Part shown: positions 35,160 to 48,500 of the stretch, one piece after another
How positions within the stretch are numbered: the first letter of the stretch is position 1
How the letters are laid out: each line of letters opens with the position of its first letter
DNA from: the human T2T-CHM13v2.0 reference genome, Homo sapiens
DNA length: 64,000 bases
Assembly (NCBI RefSeq): GCF_009914755.1
Contig: NC_060941.1
Direction: 5' to 3' (one strand)
Notes under the pieces: generated by a model
What the model saw: only the letters and a program-made list of their open reading frames with translations
Told to the model about the DNA's origin: nothing
Database searches by the model: none
Translations under genes and position numbers: made by a program

Positions 35160-35925
35160 ACAATGAGAACACATGAACCCAGGGTGGGGAACATCATACA
35201 CTGGGGTCTGTCAGGGGGTGGAGGGTTGGGGGAGGGATAGCATTAGGAGAAATACCTAATGTAAATGATGAGTTGACGGGTGCAGCAAACCAACATGGCA
35301 CACGTTTACCTATGTAACAAACCTGCACATTGTGCACATGTACCTTAGAACTTAAAGTATAATTAAAAAAATAATAATAAGCCATGTCCTTTTGCATCCT
35401 AAAGTGCTCATCCTCCTATGTCCCTTATCTCAACATTAAATAGAACTGCCAATGGAGCCCTGCAGTGAAGAACTCCAGGGGCCACCATTCATCTTGCAAT
35501 AGGCAAATGAGGACAATTTACATGAAATACAATTTTAAAAGTGCCTCCCTTGACTTAGACAGCATGACAATCTACCTAATTACCTGAGTCAAAACCTCAT
35601 GCGTTATCCTTGATATCTTTCCTTCATATCTAATTGCTGTCAACTCCAGTTCCCGAATCCCTCACAAATCCATTCTCCTCTCAATGTCTAATGCAACTCC
35701 CCTGATTTAGATGTCATCATCGTCCTGGTTCTTTTAATTTAAAATCCAAACCTCTTCATACTATTTTCAGAATCTTCAGATACTGTTCCCACTTGCCACT
35801 CTGGCTTCCACTCTAGCTACTTTCCCTTAATCTTCTACAATCCAGTCATACTGAAAGTTTCTCAGTTGCTCTAAGCTTTCTCTTACCTTTGTGATTTTAG
35901 TCATGCTTTTTCCTCAACTCAAATA

Positions 35926-35927
<2 letters not shown>

Positions 35928-35963
<36 letters not shown>
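35928..35963 (+). repeat. (TG)18 microsatellite
   Basis: Perfect dinucleotide run. Confidence 0.97.
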
Positions 35964-35966
<3 letters not shown>

Positions 35967-35999
35967 CTTCTCTTTACCAAGAAGCCTTAACTTGGGCAT

Positions 36000-36375
36000 C
36001 CATAGTATTCTAGGCAACTATTTGAGTATAACCGGTTTACTTACGAGGTGATCCCAGGAGAAATGTTAGGAAAATGAGTGAGATAGAAGGAAAGGGAGAC
36101 AATACAGAGTATATTAATGAGCATGTTACCACTATGGGCAATGGATACTCGATTCTCCTAGGAACATTTGGGATATAATACAGAACACACCCCAGAATAA
36201 CCGCATACAAGAAGCAAGGAAGCTGGGCTACCCATCTTCTTTCCCCTGTTGTCCTTGATTGACAGCATTTCCTACAGAGTCAGTTATTCAGCCCGATCAT
36301 TGGACAGGTTTCACAGCTAGAGAAATCCCTCAGTCAGAGTATGGCAGGGCTGAAAGTGGGACATCAACATATGCT
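36000..36375 (-). mobile_element. Old MaLR/ERVL-type LTR (MLT1K/L-like)
   Basis: GAGGTGATCCCAGGAG...ATGAGCATGTTACCACTATGGGCAA...CAGAACACACCCCAGAAT. Confidence 0.55.
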
Positions 36376-37200
36376 AAGAACATATATGGGAAGCCAAACC
36401 TGATAGCTGAAAACTCTTTTAATATTCCTCTTCTGGGACCCTTTTGAATTATTATGTCATTTATCAAGTTTTAGTGGGAGAAATTACAATTAAACAACAA
36501 ATTGCAATAAACCGTATGTCCAGTTCAACATTGTTTCCCTAAAACTTGGCCCATAGTTGGTACTCCCTATACCTTTTGACTAAACTCTTTTTTTTTGTTT
36601 TACAGTATATTTTACATTTGGTAGCAATAATTACATCCCTTTCAAAGTTTTTCCAGGTGTTTCAGACTTTTATTCACTGCTCTCTGCCTCATTTAGGCAG
36701 AAAAATTGGTATTTGGAAAAGATTTTAAAGGAAAGTATAAGTCACTGTTTGAGATATCAAATAGTAATTGTTAAAATATGGTTTTCTTACATGAAGTACC
36801 CTGTGCTCTTAATCATTAACCCTCTATCCTGAAATACTGTTTCAAATACTTTCTTTGAATGTTCACATTTGAGAAATTCCAAAAGACAAACATTTATCCT
36901 ATAAAATAAATGAAAATGTCATTTATAATATGTTCCAAGTGCTTGGCACCTATGCTGATTGGATCTAATCATATTGTCTGATGAGATTTCCTCTCCAGAG
37001 ATAACTAATTGGAATGACATAGTGTAACAGTGAGCTCTGGGTGAAATAATCAGACATTTCGAGCTGAATGAATGGCTTTTGTGTCAGATGTTGCAGAGCT
37101 AAAACATTATGTGTTGCTTCCTGACTTATGAACCCCAGAGTTTAATTCTTCTCTTTTTCTTCACAGATTCCATTTTTTGGCAAGAAAAGTCATCACTTAC

Positions 37201-37322
37201 TTCTGCTGCCCCAAACGTTTCATTGTTCCTCATTGCCTCAAGGAAAAAGTCAATCATCGCTATCCTGAAGAGCACTGGTGCCCTAGTTTTTGTTGTTGCC
37301 ATTTCTCATCTTCAATATTCTG
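37201..37322 (-). other. Candidate non-coding exon
   Basis: Minus strand: CTGAC branch-like motif, TATTTACATATCACCAG|CAG acceptor (NAGNAG), GAA|GTAAGT donor; stops in all three frames. Confidence 0.3.
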
Positions 37323-37589
37323 CTGGTGATATGTAAATAGTATTTGTCAGGGTCCAGTTTATTTTAGAATGCCAATCGCTGTACTTGGTATTTCACATAA
37401 AATATTGTATTTAACCCTGAGGGCAAGGGAGATAATTATTTACGTTGACAACAGAGTTAGATTGAATAAGGTATGGAAATCCTGTAGAGATACACCTATG
37501 ATGTGATTCCAAGTCGAACTCAAATCCAGACGCTTTACCCTTTACGCCCTCCTACTCCTCCAAGATTCCTCTGAAGGACAACTTCATTT

Positions 37590-37790
37590 CAGGCATTAAC
37601 AAAAAGCATCTCACTGTAATATTGCAGAGTCCCTACAATAAGCATTTTACAGATGAGAAAACTAAGGCACTACAACATTAAGAACTTCGCATAAAGGGAC
37701 ACAGACACTAAGTGGCGGAGTCCTGATTCAAACCATATGTATCTGAATTCACGTTCTATTCTTTTTCCACTCTACTATATAGCCTCTTTA
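37590..37790 (-). mobile_element. MIR
   Basis: CATTTTACAGATGAGAAAACTAAGGCAC...CTAAGTGGCGGAGTCCTGATTCAAACC. Confidence 0.75.
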
Positions 37791-37962
37791 TCTGGAAAAC
37801 TACCCCCTTCATTCTTCCCCAGTCAAAACTCTACCTATTCTCCAAGTTACAGCTCCAATACAACTTCTCTGATCTTCCTCTGCACTTCAATAGAACTTAC
37901 CACACTTGGCTAATGAGTATTGCCTTGTACTGTGATGACATAAAATAAAAATAAAAATGTGA

Positions 37963-38276
37963 TGCTGGGTGTAGTGGCTCACACCTGTAATCCTAGCACT
38001 TTGGGAGGCCAAGGCAGGCGGATGACCTGAGCTCAGGAGCTTGAGAAGCCTGGGCAACATGGCAAAATCCCATCTCTACTAAAAGTCCAAAAAATTAGCT
38101 GGGTATGGTGGTGCACACCTGTAATCACAGATACTTGGGAGGCTGAGTCACGAGAATTGCTTGAACCCAGGAGGTGGAGGTTACAGTGAGCTGAGATCAC
38201 ACCACCACAGCACTCTAGCTTGGGCAACAGAGTGAGACTCTGTCTCAAAAAACAAGTAAACAAACAAACAAACAAA
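37963..38276 (+). mobile_element. Alu (Jb/Sz-like) with (CAAA)n tail
   Basis: Complete dimeric Alu. Confidence 0.92.
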
Positions 38277-38885
38277 AGATATGAACAATAAACTATTAGA
38301 GAATATTGAATATTTGTACATACACTACCTCATTTGATCCTAAAATTTATCCTTATTATTCCAGTTTTACAGAAGGGATTGAAATGACTTTCTCAGAAAT
38401 TACTCATGCCGTCTGCTATGTTGTCAAGTTTTGACTTGAACCTGTCTAAAAACATATATATTTTGCTTTGGCAAAAATCTAGACTTAGATAATAAAATAC
38501 TAAGCTTAACTTGAAATCTTCCAATGGCAAGCTTCGATATATCAGGCTTTAACATACATTTTCTTGTTGAATCCTTCATATAGTTGTAGGAAGTAGTTCA
38601 TTTGCTTATAACCTCACAGCTTTTTCTATACTGTTGTTGATTCCTTCAACAAAAATGTATTAAATACCTGTTATATACTCAATATGGTACCAAAAAGGGT
38701 AAATCTGCTTTAGAATGTTTTAATAATTTCCCATTTTTCTTATGTTTAGAACCAAAATTTCTAATATGATGGGTTCCTTCCTACCTCTCCAGCCTAAACT
38801 TATGCAGCATTAGAAATTGTCCCAAGCATCCTAGCCACGATGACCTTCTTGCAATTCTCAGAATTATTAAATTCTATATTGCAGA

Positions 38886-39423
38886 TGTAGGGGAAGAATA
38901 ACTTCCCATCTGCCCTCTGAGGGATCAATAATTAAGTCGATGAAATAAACTGACAACAGGCAGAGTAACATGAGAAAAGGTATACAAATTTATTATATGC
39001 AAGGAAACATCACATGAAAAAAATCAAATACTCAAAAACCCAGTGAGATCTAGAAGCTTAGGTGCAAATCTTCCTAGCGGAGTGTGAGGGGGAGAAGTAG
39101 GCAACTTAGAACAGAGTAAATTATTTTGTCAAGATGAATAGGCCCTCAGAAAAACACGTGAAAGCCTGTGACAAAGTCTGTCTGGGCATAGTGTGGACCT
39201 CTAGCTTCCTCTCCTGTGATACAAGCTGATCTTCCCTGGTTGATGAGATTCCTGGGAAGAGAATTTACACAGTTGAGTTCCTTTTGAAGGACCTATCTTT
39301 AGGCAGACAGAAGAAGTTCAGAGAAAGCCTCTTCCTGCATTTACCATTCCCCAAGTATGCTTAGTTTGAAGTAATTTGCATACCAAAACAATATATCTTG
39401 GGTAGCATTCCTGAACTCTTTCA
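38886..39423 (-). mobile_element. ERV1 solo LTR (MER34/MER39-like)
   Basis: TG...CA ends; AAACTGACAACAGGCAGAGTAACATGAGAAAAGGTATACAAATTTATT includes the reverse polyA signal. Confidence 0.65.
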
Positions 39424-39439
39424 TAGCATACACTCCATA

Positions 39440-39625
39440 GTGCTTTTTAAGTGCTGGGTGCTATTCATAATAGTTTACAAATATTTACTATTTTAATTAT
39501 AACAACCACCTTTAGGGTGGGTACCATTAAAGCCAATTTATAGAGGAGGAAACTGTGGCACAGAAATTAAATAGTTTGTATAACGTCACACAGCTTAAAT
39601 ATTATGCATCAAGCTCTCTGGTCAA
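39440..39625 (-). mobile_element. MIR
   Basis: AACAACC...AATTTATAGAGGAGGAAACTGTGGCACAGA...GTCACACAGCT. Confidence 0.65.
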
Positions 39626-40934
39626 GCATGCCCTGACCTCCTTTGAACTTGATCTATTCCCTGCCAGTAACATACCTTTTTCTTCAGACTGCAGATGAAG
39701 TTACTCTTCTCTGAAAAGGTTCTTCCAGTTTATTATTTTTTTTTTGTACATACTCATATAATTACATTTGTTTTCACCTTTGCCCGGGAAATGTGCAATT
39801 CGTGGAGGGTATGTGTTCACCTCCATATCCCTAGCATGGTATTTGCCACATAGTAGGCACCCAACTATGTGCTGAATTAATAAATTTGGATTGATTAAAT
39901 AAGTGTATCAGGTACCACAGTGCATACTATCAGGTATAATCCTTGTCCTCCAGGAGCTCTAAGCCTAATGTCAAATACAGACAAGGGAACACATGATTAT
40001 AACCTGACATAATAGCTGTAATGATTAAACACAAGTGACTGCAGAGCACAGAGGAAGGCAATTCATTCTGTCTGATGATCTGAAAGGCTTTCCAGATTCT
40101 ATGACATATAGGGAATGAGCAGAATTTCTAAGGGAGAAAAGAGTTGGATGGGGTGGTTTCCTGGGTAGAAGGAACCCCTTGTAAGGTACAGACATAAAAG
40201 CAGAGGGTGAGATATGACATAGAGATAAATTGTTTATGGGTGAATTGGAGATGGCATTGAGAGAAGTGGTGAAGAATGAAGCTTATTTTGAAGTTTAAGG
40301 TCAGTATTATGAAAGATGACATAGCCTGTGCTAAGAGTTAGAATCTGGTTGTATAGAGAGAAGGAAACGATAAGTAGTATAATAATTTTAAAAGTATTTT
40401 CAATGTGCTTTAGAAAGATCAATCAAACCACTAAATGGACAATTATTCCTCTATCTTTGAATTTGGTTTTTGTAGTATTAATGCAAATTTCAAAGGGTAC
40501 TCCAAATAGCCCAATTTAATATGAGTCTTAGGACATCAGGGCTAAAGAAGATTGAGAAATGATTGAAATGTTTCCTGGTATCACAGTAATTTGCAACAAA
40601 TCTCTGTAATTTGCATTACGATACATGCCAAGCTGCAGTATGAGACAGCCACAGGTCATCCCCAAGCCCTGAGTATGCTGTATCTGTTGCATTTATATCT
40701 TCATTTCATGAAGTCTTTCAAATGATATACCTAAGACCAATTGAATTCCTAATCATAAGAATTCCTGTCTTTACTGAGTTGATCACCTCAATATGTTTGT
40801 GAAGTCAGCTTTTTTTGTTGTTTTCAATAAAACAAGATTAGGCACAAACCATTTTAAAAATAATAGAGGATGCAAATAGTTCATGGACAATGTTAATGTT
40901 CATTAACAATAGAATATAAACCAAACTAAGTAGA

Positions 40935-41380
40935 TGTTGTGCAACAGTCTCCAGCTTTGTCCTACTACTGGCCAAGACAGCTTTAACATTTCCCTCAGCT
41001 TGACTAAATTTAAGTAAGCTTCTTTCTGACTTCAGTCCCTGCCCTCTCTTTGCTTAAAACATTAACTTTAGAAACTTGCGATTGTAAATTCCTCCTCTGC
41101 CCATTAGAGATATAAATTTTCTACAACCTAGAAATATCTTTCTCATCAAATCATCAAGAAAGAGTGGGCTCCTTTCTCCCAGTTTCTGAGGGACCGTAAT
41201 AGCCTAATTTAGATAAGTGACAATCGGCTAACGCAAATAGCCTAATCATTTTAACCAACCTCCCCCATCCCAATGTCCTCTTGTAGTTTTCCGTTAGCTC
41301 ACGACAGCATTTAAATATCTTCAGCAGAACTGTTCAATCTCTCTCTTCTATTGCAATGGCTATGATATAAATACTATGTC
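40935..41380 (+). mobile_element. MER31-family solo LTR
   Basis: CCCTCAGCTTGACTAAA...ACTTTAGAAACTTGCGATTGTAAATTC...TTCAATCTCTCTCTTCTATTGCAAT. Confidence 0.75.
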
Positions 41381-41564
41381 TTTAAAAGTAATATAACTTA
41401 GTTTTTCCCTACAGTTAATTATCAACAAAATCACACATCAGAAAAGCTTGCTTTAAAAACTTGCAGGTAGATGCAACGTCTAATACTAAATAATGAAAAA
41501 AGCAAGATTCTTAAAACTCTGCAACCTACCTGGGTCAGTCGGTAGCAGCAGCAGCCTTTATACT

Positions 41565-43210
41565 TATTCATTTTCAAACATTTGTTGAATCCCTTACTGT
41601 GTGTTAGTATTGTTTTTAACATTTGGGATATATCAGTTAATTAAACAGATAAAGATCCTTGCCCTCAAGGATCTTACATTTTAGAAGAGAAGAGCAGACG
41701 GAACAGAAATGTGACATAAAAATAAATTATAGATTATGTTTTACAGTGAAAAGTTCTATGAAAGAAAAAGGAAATTAAAGCCAGGTTAAGGGATGTTTTA
41801 ATGAATTTTACTTGGAGTAAAATAGGAAAGCTTTACAGGATTTTTAATATGGATGTGACATGATTTTACCCAAAGTTTTAAACAAAATAGATAATTCTGG
41901 ATGCTGGGTAGAAAATAAGCCATAGGTGGAAAAGGTTAAAAGTAGGAGATCAGATGAAAGTTACTGCAGTTTATCCAGGAAAGACTTTAGCACAAATGTT
42001 AATAATAGGTCAGGCGGTATGTAGTAATATGTTCTAGATATATTAACAATCAAGACAACAAAGTTTCCTAAAAGAGAGGATGTGAGCTGTGGGAGAAAGG
42101 GAGAAAGAATAATTAAAAGCTTTTTCGCTTGAAGCAAGTAATATGCAGTTGCTATCAATTGAGATGGAGAGGGTTGCATTTGGAATAGCATTTGAGAAAA
42201 AGACTAAGAGTTAAGTTTGGGACGTGCAGATTTTTACGATTTGAATGTATTTCAAGAGTAGCCATTGATTTGGAAGTTGAATATATGATCTTGGAGTTAG
42301 GAAGAACTGGGTAGGAGAGATAAATTTGAGAGTCACTGACATATAAATGCTATTTTAAAACCACGAGGTAACACCAAGGGAGTGAGAGAAGAAAAGATGA
42401 AGAATGACTGAGGAATGGTCCTTGGTCATTCCAAGTTTCAGGAATGAGGAGGAAGAGGGGAGAGGAAAGAGGAAAGTTAGGAGAAACACTAGGAAAGTGT
42501 GACAATCTGCAAGTCAAATGAAGAAAATATATCAAAAAAGGTACAGTGAGCCTTTGGCTCAGATATTGCTGATAGGTGAGTGGAATGATAATTAATAATT
42601 GATCATTGGATTTGGCAGTGCAGAGATCATTGATGGCTGTTACCACATTCGTCTTGGTGGAGTTGGATAAATACCTGGTTGGAGTAGATTTAGGAGAGAA
42701 TGGGAAAAAGGATTTAAAGGTAAGCAGTATTGCTTAAAGCTGTCAAAAGAAGCAAATAATTGGAATAAGTGTGCTGGCACTTGAGGAGGCAAGTTAATTT
42801 TGTTTTGTTTTTATAATATGGTAGAAAAAGTGATATGCTTGTATGTTTTGGGGAATGGTCCACTAAAGAGTGAAAATTTGAGGAAATAGAAGAGAAGGGA
42901 ACATTGTTACTGCAATGTCCTGGAGGATGCAAAAAGAAATAGCATCAAATATAAAAGGAGTGGGCAGTTAACTTTACATAGGAGCATGAATAGTTCATTT
43001 ATGTGAACAGGCAGGATGACAGAGTAGGTGGCAACAGATGCTGGAAGGTGGGTAGCTGTGCTGATGAGAGTCTAAAAAAGTTCTCTTCAGATTAATTCAG
43101 CATTTCAGTGAAGTAGGAAGCAAGGTCTTCAGCTAAAAGTGAGGTAGAGGGTTTGTGGAAGTATAAGCAGAGAGGAAGAGCTATGAATTACTGTCTAAGA
43201 GATGGGAAAG
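41565..43210 (-). mobile_element. L2 (L2a-like), about 1.6 kb
   Basis: ATTCATTTTCAAACATTTGTTGAATCC 3' end; ATCATTGGATTTGGCA...GAGATCATTG; TTTCAGTGAAGTAGGAAGCAAGGTC. Confidence 0.8.
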
Positions 43211-43289
43211 GGAAGAGATTATCACCTTCATGACTAACCCTCAATAAAATTTTACTGTACTAAATGTCAAGCTGTCATATCTTGGTTAA

Positions 43290-43470
43290 CCTCTATAGCA
43301 GTAGTGTGAGATAATTACTATTATTCCCATTTCACAGGTGAGAATACTGAGTCTCAGAGAAAATAGACAACTGTCCCAAGTTACATAGTTAAAAAACGAT
43401 GACATTAATATTCAATTTCACCCTATATGACTTCAAACATGATGCTTTTAATTACTTTGCACTGCTTCTA
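43290..43470 (-). mobile_element. MIR
   Basis: ATTATTCCCATTTCACAGGTGAGAATACTGAGTCTCAGAGA. Confidence 0.7.
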
Positions 43471-43844
43471 CATGTTCCCTTGGGCATACAAGTGTCTCAG
43501 AAGAATTAAAAAATATATAAATTATCTCTCTTTCTTGCACATGATAGAATATACTCACATCACATTTGGTTATTAAAGTCATTTAATGAACATTTCATTC
43601 TAAAAAAATATGCTACAGAAAGAAATACTGTAAGTTCAAACAGAAGTAACTGACTTCCTACCATTACCTCTCTTGATATGTAAACCCACATTCTAATATT
43701 TTAACATTGCATATGTTAAGAGGTGGAGAATATTATAGCATTAATTTCAAGGATCCATATATTATACTTCCAGCAATACAATCTAAGGTTATATTTGATG
43801 TTTAACAGCTGATTACTATAAGCTTTTCTTGCGTTTAATAGTTG

Positions 43845-44300
43845 TATTGATTATGGCTATTTCCAGCAGCAAGTAACAGAAAAATCCAAATAAATGTGGC
43901 AATAAAAAGAAAGATTTCACCTCCTTATATTATGAGAAGGCTAGAAATAGATGCAGCTAGCTTTGATTCAGCATCTCCAAAATATTAGCTCCATCTCTCT
44001 AATTCTCTTAACTTTTTTTCCCTCATGCTCACAGGATTACTGCTGCAATTCCAGGCATTATAACCATTGAGACATAAACAAAAAGGAAGAGAGAAATGGT
44101 TGCCACCATCAATAGCTGTCTTATTAATTAAGAAAACAAAAGCTTTACCAAGAACCTCCTTCCTCATAAACATCTATTCACATTTCATGAACCAGAAATG
44201 GGTTGTGTATCTACTATAGCAGGGAGGGTGGCTGACAAAACATGGCCAAGGAAGGATTGGGAATGGGTGTCGAGCTTATCAACCAGAATACCTGCTTCAG
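43845..44300 (-). mobile_element. Old MLT1-type LTR
   Basis: GCAAGTAACAGAAAAATCCAAATAAA...GATTACTGCTGCAATTCCAGGCAT...CCAGAAATGGGT. Confidence 0.55.
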
Positions 44301-44910
44301 CAGTCATTTTAATATTCTAGATATGAAATTTTTACATGATCTTCTGCTGAGCCAAGGCCTCCCATCTTCTCTATATATAGCTTGATGATGAAATTTAAAT
44401 TGTAAGGCTTTGAATTCTTTCATTAAAAAAAAAGTATTGGATTCTGGCCAGAATTCTCATTTAATGATAAGTTTGAGCCTTGATTGATTTTTCTCCTATA
44501 GTGAGATCCTTTCTATCTTTCTATTAATATCACATGCAAAAATAATAAGTGCTTTTGTATGTCTATCAACATCTTAAAACTCTGGTAGGATCATAGTCAT
44601 GTGCTAGTAAAAAGGAAACTGGAATAGCAGACAAGGATTGAGTAAGGAATATTGGAGTACAATAGTAGCACAGTTGCAGAGAAATCAAAATAAAGAAAAT
44701 AATGTAATATATACAATGTTATCTCTTTTTTTATTATTTTTCCTCCATCTACTTCAAATTAGATTGAAAAAAAATTACAAAAAAACACATTCATACTTCA
44801 TATGAAAGGTGAACATAAATGTGTTTTCACCTTTTGGTCGCTATATAGATGTTGTTCTATGTGTTAGGACTGTGGTGCAAAAACTAAGATGGTAATAATT
44901 GTAACTATAA

Positions 44911-45216
<306 letters not shown>

Positions 45217-45280
45217 AAGTTGAAACTTTTTAATGCTTATTTTCAACCAGGTTCATAGTTCTAAGTGCCTTAAAAATATT

Positions 45281-45572
45281 GGCCATGCGCAATGGCTCAT
45301 GCCTGTAATCCTAGCACTTTGGGAGGCTGAGTGGGGTGGATCACTTGAGGTCAGGATGTCAAGGCCAGCCTGGCCAACACGGTGAAACCTTGTCTCTACA
45401 AAAAATACAAAAATTAGCCAGGTGGCATGGTGCATGTCTGTAATCCCAGCTACTTGGGAGACTGAGGCAGGAGAATCACTTGAACCTGAGAGGTGGAGAT
45501 TGAGTGAGCTGAGATCGCACCACTGCACTCCAGCCTGGGTGACAGAGCGTGACTGTCTCAAAAAAAAAAAAA
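45281..45572 (+). mobile_element. AluS (Sz/Sx-like) SINE
   Basis: Complete Alu, 64 bp from the preceding inverted Alu and abutting the L1 5' end. Confidence 0.95.
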
Positions 45573-45590
45573 GTATAAAGTATTAACTAA

Positions 45591-48500
45591 GAGGTTTCAG
45601 ACAAGTTGGTCAACTAGACACAGTCAGGAAATGCCACTACCACTGAGAGAGACTACATTATCCAGTAAACCACCAAAACTCAGGCAGATCTTCAAGAGAA
45701 AATGCTGAGCGGATGGACAGATGACACTGAACCTGAGGCTGAAGAGGGAGGAATCTGGGGATCCTGCACGTGGTACCTGAAATCCGGGTCTAGTTCCTGG
45801 CCACCAGTGGCTCCTGGGTAAGGGTTGAATAAGGGAACTGAGGGCCAGCTTACTCTCACCATGGACCTCTGGGATCCTAGCTATAGGGGACCATGCTCAT
45901 GGACCTGTGAGCTGGCAGGGGTATCTCCTTGGGGAGCAGGAAGAGACAGGCCTTCAGCCAGCAGAGAGCCCAGGAGATTTTGTGTCCTATGCAGCTCCAG
46001 CAGAGAGCTGCCATCCCCAAGTGGCCCCTATGCCCTTCTGGGAGGCACAGGCCACATCTGACCTAGAAGCCAGGAGAGAGTCGGGACTGCATCCCCACAA
46101 GACTGGGGCATGTCTGCTCTGCAGGCCATCCTGCCAGCTGGCCTCTCCTAGGGTCTATGCTTAGCAGTCTGCAGGAGCAGGTGCACAGTGCAGCCCCTGA
46201 AGCTCATCCTGAGGGCTGCATCTGAGTACCTTATCAGTGACCCAGGAACACATTGGATTCTTCAGCATAACCAGAATCACAACAGGAGCCTCAGGATGTG
46301 TCCATGCCCCAAGGCTGGAGTGTGCAGCTCTGGAGTACTGAGATGAGATCCGTGGCTGACACTGAAGCCAGGGAGGAGCCTCCATCCCCATAGTACTGAG
46401 AGAGGCAAGATGCATGAGTTACTGGCTTGGGGTGGGAGCTGGGTGTACCTCCCTCCGTAGGGCCAATTTAGAGTGTGGTATTCTTTCCAACCACAGCTTC
46501 TGCCCAAGGGAGCCCCATGGCTGGGAACACCTAACAAAAGAAACACAGGTACAGAGCCAGCAATTGGAGGGATTTACCCTAAGGCCCAGTAGTGAACCTG
46601 GCAAGTGGACCATCTCTCTGCCTCACCAACCACAGAGCATACCTGTGAACCCAAGGAAGTGCAAAAGAGTAATGGGCTGGATATTAACCTAGTTACAGGC
46701 CATTATTCTTATGTACCATCTACTGGATCACAACCCTAACTATAACATCAAAACTTTGTCCCGCTAATGTATACACCTGTGAGATAAAGTGCAAGATTTC
46801 ACTGAAACATAAAGATCCTGTACAGAGCCCTGGTCCTCTGAAAGCAATCGGAAATGAAGCCAATGGACTATGCTCAACTTAAACCACAGTTAAAGGAACA
46901 CCAACTATCCCAGATGAGAAATAATCAGTGCAAGTATTCTGGCAATCCAAAAAGCCAGTTGTCCTCTTACCTCCAAATGAGTACATTAGCTCCCCAGCAA
47001 TGGTTCTTAAACAGTTGGAAATAATTAAAATAATAGGCATAGAATTCAGAATCTGGGTGGCAAAGGAACTCATCAAGATTCAGGAGAAAGCTGAAACTCA
47101 ATCCAAGAAATTTAGTAAAACAGTTCAAGAGCTGAAAGGCAAAATAGCCATCCTAAGAAAGAACCAAACTGAATTTCTAGAGCTGAAAAACTCACTAAAA
47201 GAATTTTATATACAATGGAAAGTATTAACAGCAGAATAGACCAAGCTGAGGAAAGAATCTCAGCACTCAAAGACTGGTTCTTTGAATCAACTCAGTCAGA
47301 CAAAAATTAAAAGAAAAAAAAGAATTTTAATAAATGAAAAAAAATTCAAGAAATACAGGACTATAAAAAGAGAGGACATATACATCCCATTGGTATCCAT
47401 GAAAGAGAAGGAGAGAGAATAAGCAACTTGAAAAATGTTTTTGAGGATACTATTCATAAAAATTTATCTAATCTCACTAAAGAGCTTGACATGCAAATCC
47501 AAGAAATAAAGAAAACCCTCACTTCATGCTGTACAAGATGACCATCCCCAGGGCACATAGTCATCAGATTCTCCAAGGTCAGTGCAAAAGGAAAAATCTT
47601 ACAGTTAGCTAGACAGAGGGGTCATGTGACATACAGAGGGAACTTCATCAGGCTAGCAACAGACCTCTCAGCAGAAACATTACAAGCCAGAGAGACCAGG
47701 GTTCCATTTCCAACATCCTCAAATAAAATAAATTCCAACCAAGAATTCATATTCCTCCAAACTAAGCTTCATAAGTGAGGGAGAAATGAGGTCTTTCTCA
47801 GACAAGCAAATGCTGAGGGAATATATATCAATTAGACCAGCCTTATAGGAAGTCCTTGGAGAATGCTAAAGATGGGATCAAAAGAATGATATCTGCTATC
47901 ACAAAAACATACTTAAGCCCACAGCCCAGAGGCACTATAAAGAAACTACACAGTCAAGTCTACATAAAACTAGCTAACAACACAATGACAGGATTAAAAT
48001 CACACATATTAATGCTAACATTGAATATAAATGGGCTAAATGCCCTCACTTAAAAGACAAAGAGTGGCAGTCTGTATAAAAAGACAAAATTCAACCATCT
48101 TTTGTCTTCAACACACCCATCTCACATGTAATGACACACATGGGCCCAAATTTAAATGATGTAGAAAGATCTACCGTACAAACAGAAAACAAAAAAGAGC
48201 AGTAGCCATTATTCTTATATCAGATAAAATCGACTTTAAACCAATAAGAATTAAGGAAGACAATGAAAGATATTACATATTGATAAGGGTACAATCCAAC
48301 AAGAAGCCTTAACTATGCTAAATATATATGCACCCAACATAGGAGCACCCAGATTTACAAAACGAGTTCCTCTTGGCCCATGAAAAGATTTAGGCAACCA
48401 CACAATAATAGTGGGAGACTTTAACATCCCATTCACAGCTTTAGACAGGTCATCAAGACAGAAAACTGACAAAGAAACTCTGGACTAAGTCCAACAATTG

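Noticed and set aside
45800-46700. GC-richer segment with overlapping ORFs, resembling a promoter or exon
   Set aside because: It is the 5'UTR of the old L1PA16/17-like element; CpG-depleted
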